From: Bradymonadaceae bacterium
GTDB taxonomy: Bacteria > Myxococcota_A > Bradymonadia > Bradymonadales > Bradymonadaceae
Length of the DNA stretch: 46,056 nt
Assembly: GCA_041601915.1 (NCBI GenBank)
Contig: JBFIHF010000012.1
Coordinates: 1 to 46,056, forward strand
Direction of reading: 5' to 3'
Position numbers and translations under genes: made by a program. Each line of letters opens with the position of its first letter. Within the stretch, counting starts at the first letter, position 1. Below the pieces are notes generated by a model. It saw only the letters and a list, made by a program, of their open reading frames with translations. It ran no database searches and was not told the DNA's origin. Positions 39,311 through 46,056 of the stretch are shown here, in pieces.

Positions 39311-40696
39311 ATGGAGATCGCGTCCGACACCTGCTACGCCGCACTATCCGCCCGCGACCGACGGTTCGACGGCTTGTTCTACGTCGGCGTCACGACGACC
39401 GGTGTGTATTGTCGGCCGATCTGTCCGGCGCGGCTGCCCCGGGCGGATCGCTGTGAGTTCTACGGCACCGCCGCAGCGGCCGAGATCGCGGGCTACCGCG
39501 CGTGTCTGCGTTGCCGACCGGAGCTTGCGCCCGGCGACGCGTCGGTCGACGCCGCATCGTCGATCGCGCGGAGCGCCGCCCGTCGCATCCAACGCGGCGC
39601 GCTGAACACCGGTTCGATCGACGACCTCGCCGCGTCGATCGGCGTGACGGCGCGCCATCTGCGGCGCACGTTTCAGGCGGAGCTCGGTGTGTCGCCCGTC
39701 GAATTCGCGCAGACCTGTCGGTTGGGTGCGGCGAAGCGCCTCCTGCAGGACACCGCGTTGCCGATGTCCACGGTCGCGTACGCGGCGGGCTACGGCAGCG
39801 TGCGCCGCTTCAACGCCGCGTTCCGCGCGAAGTTCGCGCGCTCGCCGACCGACGTGCGGCGCGCCAGGGCAAGCACCGATGGCGCCGTGGTGGTGCGGCT
39901 CGACTTCCGGCCGCCGCTTGAGTGGGCCGCGCTGCTGACGTTTCTGAGCGGTCGCGCGGTGCCAGGCGTCGAGGCCGCGGGTGACGGGACGTACCGCCGC
40001 ACGCTGCGCATCGGCGAGGCGTTTGGCACCGTCGACGTGCGCCGCGCCAGCGAATCGACGCTGTCCGCGCGCGTGTCCGTGGAACTCGCGCCGCACCTGA
40101 TGGACGTCATCGCCCGACTGCGGGCGCTGTTCGACCTCGACGCGCGGCCCGCCGTGATCTCGGACTTCTTCGCCGGTGACGAAACACTGGGCGAACTCGT
40201 GGCCGAGCGGCCCGGGCTGCGCGTGCCAGGCACGGCCGATGGGTTCGAGACCGCGGTCCGCACGATCCTCGGTCAACAGGTATCCGTGGCCGGCGCGACG
40301 ACGATCGCCGGTCGGTTCGCGGCGCGCTTTGGCACGCAGAAGGGCGCCGAACTCTACTTTCCGACGCGCGCGGCGCTCGCGGCTGCCGCGCCAGCCGACG
40401 TGCAGGCCGTGGGCATGCCCGCGCGCCGCGCGCAGACGCTCATCGACCTCGCCGCCTCGGACGTCGAGCTCGCACCGGGTGCGGACCACGCGCAGACCGT
40501 TCACGACTTGCAGGCGATTAGCGGGATTGGTCCGTGGACCGCAAACTACATCGCGATGCGCGTGCTGCGGTGGCCGGACGCGTATCCGGTCGGGGACCTC
40601 GTCCTCGAGCGACGCGGCGGATCGGCCTCGAACGCCGAAGCCTGGCGCCCCTGGCGGTCCTACGCCGCGATGTACCTCTGGAGCAAAGGAGACTGA
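39311..40696 (+). CDS. Ada-N (Zn methylphosphotriester acceptor) + AraC-HTH + AlkA (DNA-3-methyladenine glycosylase II, HhH-GPD) fusion protein.
   Basis: The Ada Zn site is VYCRPICPAR...C. An AraC-type HTH is present. The AlkA-like C-terminus WRPWRSYAAMYLW parallels E. coli AlkA WKPWRSYALLHIW. Confidence 0.8.
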   Translation: MEIASDTCYAALSARDRRFDGLFYVGVTTTGVYCRPICPARLPRADRCEFYGTAAAAEIAGYRACLRCRPELAPGDASVDAASSIARSAARRIQRGALNTGSIDDLAASIGVTARHLRRTFQAELGVSPVEFAQTCRLGAAKRLLQDTALPMSTVAYAAGYGSVRRFNAAFRAKFARSPTDVRRARASTDGAVVVRLDFRPPLEWAALLTFLSGRAVPGVEAAGDGTYRRTLRIGEAFGTVDVRRASESTLSARVSVELAPHLMDVIARLRALFDLDARPAVISDFFAGDETLGELVAERPGLRVPGTADGFETAVRTILGQQVSVAGATTIAGRFAARFGTQKGAELYFPTRAALAAAAPADVQAVGMPARRAQTLIDLAASDVELAPGADHAQTVHDLQAISGIGPWTANYIAMRVLRWPDAYPVGDLVLERRGGSASNAEAWRPWRSYAAMYLWSKGD

Positions 40697-40697
40697 G

Positions 40698-41186
40698 ATG
40701 CTGATCACACGAGTCATTTCGACACCTGTAGGCGACCTTCGCCTCGTCGGCACCGCAACTACGCTGCGAGAACTCGAGCTTCCGCCGCTGACCGGCGTGT
40801 CCGCCGACGACGCGACGCCGTCTCCGGCGCTCGACGAGGCCGAGCGTCAGCTCCGCGAGTACTTCGCCGGCGACCGGAAGACCTTCGATCTGCCGCTGGA
40901 GCTCGTCGGCACCGACTTCCAGAAAGAGGTCTGGCAGGCGCTCCTGACGATTCCGTACGGCCAAACCTGCAGCTACGTCGACCTCGCCCGCAAGATTGGA
41001 CGACCCAAGGCGAGCCGCGCGGTCGGCGGCGCCAATGGCCGCAACCCGATCTCGATCATCGTGCCGTGCCACCGCGTGATCGCGGCCGACGGCACGCTCG
41101 GCGGCTACGGCGGCGGACTCGCCATGAAGGCTCGGCTGCTCGCTCACGAGGGCTGCGCGCACCACGCGCAACAGGAGCTGGTGTAG
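40698..41186 (+). CDS. ogt: Methylated-DNA--protein-cysteine methyltransferase.
   Basis: The active site is IPCHRVI. AAGGAG lies upstream of the ATG at 40698. The ORF track's 40176 start is an artefact of fusing an out-of-gene frame. Confidence 0.85.
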   Translation: MLITRVISTPVGDLRLVGTATTLRELELPPLTGVSADDATPSPALDEAERQLREYFAGDRKTFDLPLELVGTDFQKEVWQALLTIPYGQTCSYVDLARKIGRPKASRAVGGANGRNPISIIVPCHRVIAADGTLGGYGGGLAMKARLLAHEGCAHHAQQELV

Positions 41187-41206
41187 TCTGACCAGCCTGC
41201 CGTCGT

Positions 41207-41419
41207 GTTCCGCTGGTCTGCTGGTCTGCTGGTCTGCTGGTCAACCTCAAACTCAAACTGGAGCCGCGCTCAAACCCCGGAGCCACCACGCGAAGCGCCA
41301 AGCCCAGCCGTGGAGACGAGCTGCTCGACGCGTCGCGTGGTGGCATTCCGGCCGTAGTGCGGGTCCAGTTTGAGTTTGAAGTTGACCAGCAGACCAGCAG
41401 ACCCGCGGACCAGCGGAAC
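41207..41419. repeat. Long palindromic (hairpin) repeat element, copy B. It has the same termini (GTTCCGCTGGTCTGCTGGTC...) and inner core (GGAGCCACCACGCGAAGCG...CGCGTGGTGG) as copy A.
   Basis: The left arm at 41207-41270 and the reverse complement of 41355-41419 are near-identical. It lies between the convergent ogt and kinase genes. Confidence 0.8.
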
Positions 41420-41430
41420 AGAACGGCCCG

Positions 41431-44400
41431 CTAGTTCTCGATCAGGAGCTGCGCGACGTTGAGGATCTTGCGGTTCAAGGGCTTTGCCAGGTAGGTCCGG
41501 CGCAGCTCCTCGTCGTTGATCTTGTCGCGTCGATGGATGACCACCTCGCGAGCCCGTGTGATCGCCTGGCGGCGCTCGTCTTCGAACTCCGGGCCGTCCG
41601 GCAAGATCTGGGTATGGTGGTAGAGAATGTCCTCCAGCGAGAACACCTCACCCTCGTTGACCAACTCCAGCGCGAGGTTCGAGTGTTCGATGGCGCGCTC
41701 GCGTTTGCCCAGAATCTTGTGCGCGCGCGCCATGAGGCTGTGCGCGTACCCCATACCCCACTTCATGTCCGCTTGCTCGGAGCGCTCCAGCGCATCCTCG
41801 GCCTGCATCAGCGCGATGCGCGCGGTGTCGGTCGTCGCGGCGGCCAGATGGACCTGGGCGAGCTGGAGCGTGGCGTGAACGGACAGGTAGACGTTGGGGA
41901 TCGAGTCCGCGAGCCGTAGCCCTTCATGCAGCGACGACTCCGCCTTCTTGTGATCGCCTTCCTCGATGTGCAGCGAGCCCATCGAGATGAGACCGTCGGC
42001 GAGGTTCTGAATCGAGCCGCCGCGGCGCGCGAGGTAGATGCCGCGGCGCACCGATGTCTGCGCCTTGTCGTACTCGCCGCGCAGCAGATGGCAGTGACCG
42101 ATGTTGACGAGCAGCGTCGCCTCTTCCCCGCGATGGCCGAGCTGGCGGACGCGGGTCAGCGCGTCCTCGTAGCGGGCGAGCGCTTCGGAGAATTCGCCGA
42201 GGTAGGCGAGGGCGAGGCCGGCGTTGTTGAGCAGGTAGCGACGCCACTTTCGCAGGTCGAGTGATTCGGCGTACCCGAGCGCGTCCTGGTAGGCCTGCAG
42301 CGCCTCGTGATGGCGCCCGGCCTGGCGGTGCGTGATGCCGATCAGATTAAGCGCTCGCACGAGGCCCTCGGACCCCGCCGGGCCGTCTTGCGTGAACGTC
42401 TCGACGGCGCGTCGCCCAAGCTCGATCGCCTCGTCGCGTTTTCCCTCGTTCAGGAAGATCATCGCCTCCACGAGCGAGGCATGCGCGAGGTTCCCCGCGT
42501 CATCGTTGGCTTTGGCGATGTCGCGAGCGCGATGGGAGTACTCGCGCGCGCGCCGCAATTGCGATTGTTCGAACGCGAAGCGCGCCTGCTGGATCAGCGT
42601 ATCTGCTTGCTCACGCGCATCGCCGCGCTCGGTGGCGAGTCGTTCGAGCTCATCGAGCGCGGCGCGGCATTCGTCGCGCTGGCCCAGTTCGCCCAATGCG
42701 CGCGCGCGGATCTTGAGCGCTTCGTAGTGGAACTCGTCGCCCGGCGCCACGCGCTCGAGGACCTTGTCGATCAGGCGCAGCGACTCCGCCGCGCCGTACT
42801 GCTCCAGCGCGTCATCGGCGGCCTGAAAATAGAACGCCACGGAGCGATCCTTCTCGCCCGCGCCGTCGAAGTGACGCGCGATCAGAGCAGACCGGCTATG
42901 GGTGCCGCTCGCGTTCTCCAGCAGGTGGTCGGCGAGGCGGCGATGCAGCATCGCGGCCTCTTCGGGCAGCAGCCCGGCGGCTGCGACGTCCTGCGTCAGC
43001 GCGTTACAGAACGCAAACTCACGGGAGTGCGGCGCCGTCTGGTTCGGATCGAACGTGTCCACCTGCATGCCGTCGGTGCGATCGATGCGTTCGAGCAGCC
43101 CGAGCGTCACCAACTCCGCTAGCTCGATGAAAGGCTCGTCGGGCAGCACGAGACCCAGATCGGCGCCTTTGAACGGCGACCACAGGAACGCGACGCGCTG
43201 CAGTACGACCTTGAGGTGCAGCGGCAGCCGGTCGATGCGCCCGCCGATCAGCCCTTCGACGCTGGATGGCAACCACTGCGGCGCCTTCGTGCGATCCTTG
43301 AGCGAGCGCCGCTCACCGGTGTCACCCTTGAGCATCCCGCGGTCGCGCAGAACCTCGACGACCTCCTTGATGTATAGCGGGTTGCCGCCGGCGCGGCGCA
43401 GGATCTCGGTGGCGAACGAGTCGTCCTGAATGCGGTGCAGCCGCAGCAGATCGAGGACCAGCGCCGCGCTCTCCTGCTCCCCGAGCTCGTTGAGCCGCTC
43501 CACCGTGACGTGCTTGGCTTCGAGCAACGCCTCCCAGTGCGGCTCGCCGGCGTGGCCCGCGGTGTCGTCCGCGGTAAACAGCACCATCGCCGGGGCGGGG
43601 CGCGACGTGGAGAAGAACTGCGTAATGAACTGCAGCGTCATCGTGTCGATGTGGTGCGCATCGTCGAGGGCCAGGATCATCGGCTTCTTCTCGGCGAAGC
43701 GCGTCAGCACCTTCTGCAGCGACAGGAATATGCGGTCGCGCCGCTCGTCGCCCCCGAAGTCGTCGAGCGCCGCATCCGGCCACTTGATGTGGAACAGCGC
43801 GCCGAGGCTCTGCAACAACAGCGTGCGTTCGGCGTCGTCCTCCTCGGGAAACAGCGCCGAGACGCGCGTCATCAGCGTCGACCGTACGAGGCGCAGGTCG
43901 TCGCGATGTTCGAGCCGCAGGATGTCGGCGAGGAAGGTCGCCATCGAACTCAGCGGGACGTCGCGGTGATGCACGCCGACGACGCCACGCACGATCCGCA
44001 CGTTGCGCTGATCGAGGCCGCGCAAGAACTCCTCTACCAGCGTCGACTTTCCAATCCCCTGGCGGCCGACCACGAGCACCATCTGCGCGGTCTGCCCAAG
44101 GATCGTCTCGCGGTAGGTCTCGCGTAGCAGCTTCAGCGGGATCTCGCGGCCGTGAAACCGACTGTAGCTGCGCCGAAGCTCGACCAGCGCGTCTTCGCCG
44201 CTCTTGGGGCCGGTGAGCAGGTAGGCCTGCACCGCCTGGGAGTGGTCATCGTCGGGGTGCTCGACGCGATCGACGGTCTCGGCGTCGTAACGCCTGCGGA
44301 TCCGCCGGTAGACCTGCCCGCCGATCAGGACTTCGCGCGCCATCCCTGCGTGGGCGAGCCGCTCCGCGAGCTCGTTGCCACTGCCGAAGAACGACCACGA

Positions 44401-45837
44401 AAAGCGGCGCCCGGTCTTGTCGACCTCCTGCTCCAGCACGACGTCCCCGATCGCGATCCCGGCCGACAGGTTGATCGGGTACTCGAGGCTGTGGTTGATG
44501 CCCGCGACCGCCTCGTGCAGGTCGAGGGTCACGCGCACGGCGAGCTCGGCGTCGTTCTCCGACGAGACGGGGATGCCGAACAGCAGCACGAAGCCGTCTT
44601 CGTTCACGCGATGCACGACGGCGTCGCTCTTGAATGCGATGGAGTCCACGATGCGGGTGTAGGCCTGCAGCACTTGCAACCAGCGGTCCTGGCCGACCGC
44701 AGCCCGCATGTCGAACAGGCCTTGAAGCTCGCCCGCCACGATCACGACTTCCTTTCGTTCGCGGGAGTGGACCTCGAGGCGCGGGTCCATCTCGTCGACG
44801 ATCTTCGTGACGGGCGTGTTGGTACTGATCTCCATCGTTCCGCCCGTCACGGTGCGGATCATCGAGGTGTGGGCGCGCGTCGCCGATCCGGTGGCCGCGT
44901 ATCCGCCATGGGCGGCCGGGTCGATGCTGGACTCGATGCGCCGGAAGTAGGCGGACAGCGTGCCGGAGTCGTGCACCTGCTCTTGCGCGTACAGGATGCG
45001 CATCAGCTCGTGCTGCAGCTCACGCGCCGATTCGGGGCGGTCCGCCGGGTCGCGCGACAGCACCCGATAGACGAGCTCGATCAGCGTCTCCGAGATGTCG
45101 GCGTTGAGGCTCTTGATGTCCGGCACCACCGCGGACTTCACGAGGCTCATGATCTCGTCCTGCGAGCCGGCCTTGAACAGCGGGCGCCCACACAGCATCT
45201 CGAACAGCACGACACCGAGACTGAAGACGTCGCTGCGCTGGTCGACGGGCGTGCCCGACGCTTGCTCGGGGCTCATGTAGGCGAACTTGCCCTTCACCGT
45301 GTTCGGGTGGTGGTCGGCGACGAGGGTTGCCTTGGCGATCCCGAAGTCGACGATCTTGACGCTGCCATCCGTCGAGACGAGCACGTTCTGTGGGCTCACG
45401 TCGCGGTGCACGATGTTGAGCGCGCCGCCGTGTCGGTCCACCTTGGTGTGCGCGTAGTGCAGCCCCTTGGCCATCTCGGCCGCGATGAACACCGCATCGC
45501 CCACCGAAAAGCGGACCCCGGACTTCGCCGACGCGCTCATCAGGTGTCCGAGATCGGCGCCATCCACGTACTCCATCGCCAGGTAGTACGTGCCTTCGTG
45601 CTTCCCGAAGTCGTAGATCTGCACGATGTTGGGGTGGTTGAGGTCGACCGCGATCTTGGCTTCGGAGATGAACATCTCCACGAAACGCTGGTTCTCCGAG
45701 AACTCGGGCAAGATGCGCTTGATGACGAGAATCTTCTCCAGACCCTCGGCGCCAAAGCTCTTCGCGAGGAAGACCTCCGCCATGCCGCCGGTGCCGATCT
45801 TCTCGACGAGCTCGTATTTTCCGAAATCGCGCGCCAC
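41431..45837 (-). CDS. Multidomain Ser/Thr kinase, 1468 aa. Domain order is N-terminal active kinase, a class-III cyclase-homology domain (probably degenerate), a STAND/AAA P-loop NTPase and C-terminal TPR repeats.
   Basis: The GTG start is at 45835-45837. Kinase motifs are GTGGMAEVF, VIKRI, HRDVSPQNVLV and DFGIAKA. The cyclase-homology-like segment is ...VVHRVNEDGFVLLFGIPV...LSAGIAIGDVVL.... The P-loop is VVGRQGIGKST. The C-terminal ~500 aa are TPR-like. Confidence 0.8.
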   Translation of the reverse strand: MARDFGKYELVEKIGTGGMAEVFLAKSFGAEGLEKILVIKRILPEFSENQRFVEMFISEAKIAVDLNHPNIVQIYDFGKHEGTYYLAMEYVDGADLGHLMSASAKSGVRFSVGDAVFIAAEMAKGLHYAHTKVDRHGGALNIVHRDVSPQNVLVSTDGSVKIVDFGIAKATLVADHHPNTVKGKFAYMSPEQASGTPVDQRSDVFSLGVVLFEMLCGRPLFKAGSQDEIMSLVKSAVVPDIKSLNADISETLIELVYRVLSRDPADRPESARELQHELMRILYAQEQVHDSGTLSAYFRRIESSIDPAAHGGYAATGSATRAHTSMIRTVTGGTMEISTNTPVTKIVDEMDPRLEVHSRERKEVVIVAGELQGLFDMRAAVGQDRWLQVLQAYTRIVDSIAFKSDAVVHRVNEDGFVLLFGIPVSSENDAELAVRVTLDLHEAVAGINHSLEYPINLSAGIAIGDVVLEQEVDKTGRRFSWSFFGSGNELAERLAHAGMAREVLIGGQVYRRIRRRYDAETVDRVEHPDDDHSQAVQAYLLTGPKSGEDALVELRRSYSRFHGREIPLKLLRETYRETILGQTAQMVLVVGRQGIGKSTLVEEFLRGLDQRNVRIVRGVVGVHHRDVPLSSMATFLADILRLEHRDDLRLVRSTLMTRVSALFPEEDDAERTLLLQSLGALFHIKWPDAALDDFGGDERRDRIFLSLQKVLTRFAEKKPMILALDDAHHIDTMTLQFITQFFSTSRPAPAMVLFTADDTAGHAGEPHWEALLEAKHVTVERLNELGEQESAALVLDLLRLHRIQDDSFATEILRRAGGNPLYIKEVVEVLRDRGMLKGDTGERRSLKDRTKAPQWLPSSVEGLIGGRIDRLPLHLKVVLQRVAFLWSPFKGADLGLVLPDEPFIELAELVTLGLLERIDRTDGMQVDTFDPNQTAPHSREFAFCNALTQDVAAAGLLPEEAAMLHRRLADHLLENASGTHSRSALIARHFDGAGEKDRSVAFYFQAADDALEQYGAAESLRLIDKVLERVAPGDEFHYEALKIRARALGELGQRDECRAALDELERLATERGDAREQADTLIQQARFAFEQSQLRRAREYSHRARDIAKANDDAGNLAHASLVEAMIFLNEGKRDEAIELGRRAVETFTQDGPAGSEGLVRALNLIGITHRQAGRHHEALQAYQDALGYAESLDLRKWRRYLLNNAGLALAYLGEFSEALARYEDALTRVRQLGHRGEEATLLVNIGHCHLLRGEYDKAQTSVRRGIYLARRGGSIQNLADGLISMGSLHIEEGDHKKAESSLHEGLRLADSIPNVYLSVHATLQLAQVHLAAATTDTARIALMQAEDALERSEQADMKWGMGYAHSLMARAHKILGKRERAIEHSNLALELVNEGEVFSLEDILYHHTQILPDGPEFEDERRQAITRAREVVIHRRDKINDEELRRTYLAKPLNRKILNVAQLLIEN

Positions 45838-45897
45838 GTGCCCACACTATCGCGAAGCGGGCCCCGCGCGAAACGCACTTCTCAGGTATTGACCGCT

Positions 45898-46056
45898 GTC
45901 AGACTACCCGAGTCGAGCCTCGACCGCGTAATGGTCCGCCAACACGGGGGTGTGCATCCGAGTACGTCGCGCGCCGCGGCCGATGATGACGGGCGGCTGC
46001 TCCTGCTCGGGCCGCGCCGTCGGGTATTCGAACGCCACGAGGTGGTCATCGACGAC
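45898..46056 (-). CDS. C-terminal fragment of a gene running off the window end (unknown function).
   Basis: There is an open frame on the minus strand ending at TAG 45898-45900 (...HLVAFEYPTARPEQEQPPVIIGRG...). It is too short to identify. Confidence 0.3.

Noticed and set aside
40176-41186. ORF-track version of the last gene as a 336-aa protein starting at 40176.
   Set aside because: The first ~170 aa are an out-of-gene Arg/Ser/Pro-rich frame overlapping ada-alkA. The real ogt begins at ATG 40698 with an upstream AGGAG, right after the ada-alkA stop.

Overview
This is a ~70% GC bacterial chromosomal segment with dense coding on both strands and many 4-bp ATGA/GTGA start-stop overlaps. The gene content points to Myxococcota: three Ser/Thr kinases in 46 kb (one carrying a C-terminal FGE-sulfatase domain), Cys-rich lipoproteins and a giant TPR protein. 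This taxon call is an inference from content, not from a search. Housekeeping content is a purB-purS-purQ-purL block, tesB, an Ada-AlkA fusion with ogt, an HU-like protein and pspA. The most notable part is a plus-strand block from ~28.9 to 36.2 kb. It holds the three-gene AmmeMemoRadiSam system (radical SAM enzyme, MEMO1-like and AMMECR1-like proteins), followed by a clear bacterial homologue of the eukaryotic major vault protein (MVP repeats, SPFH-like shoulder and cap-helix coiled coil). Next come a UbiB/ABC1 atypical kinase and a Cys-rich lipoprotein with an internal duplication. Upstream and same-strand is a 2433-aa TPR/all-helical protein translationally coupled to an alpha/beta hydrolase that has Cys at the nucleophile position. 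Non-coding features include two copies of a ~210-330 bp long-palindromic repeat family, each in a convergent intergenic gap; both have compensatory stem changes and one has an expanded octamer microsatellite and 12-bp flanking direct repeats (MITE-like). A complex tandem-repeat array lies downstream of pspA, a Rho-independent terminator at ~4911-4948, and an in-frame 12-nt microsatellite inside a Schlafen/AlbA_2-like gene. No rRNA, tRNA or CRISPR array was recognised.
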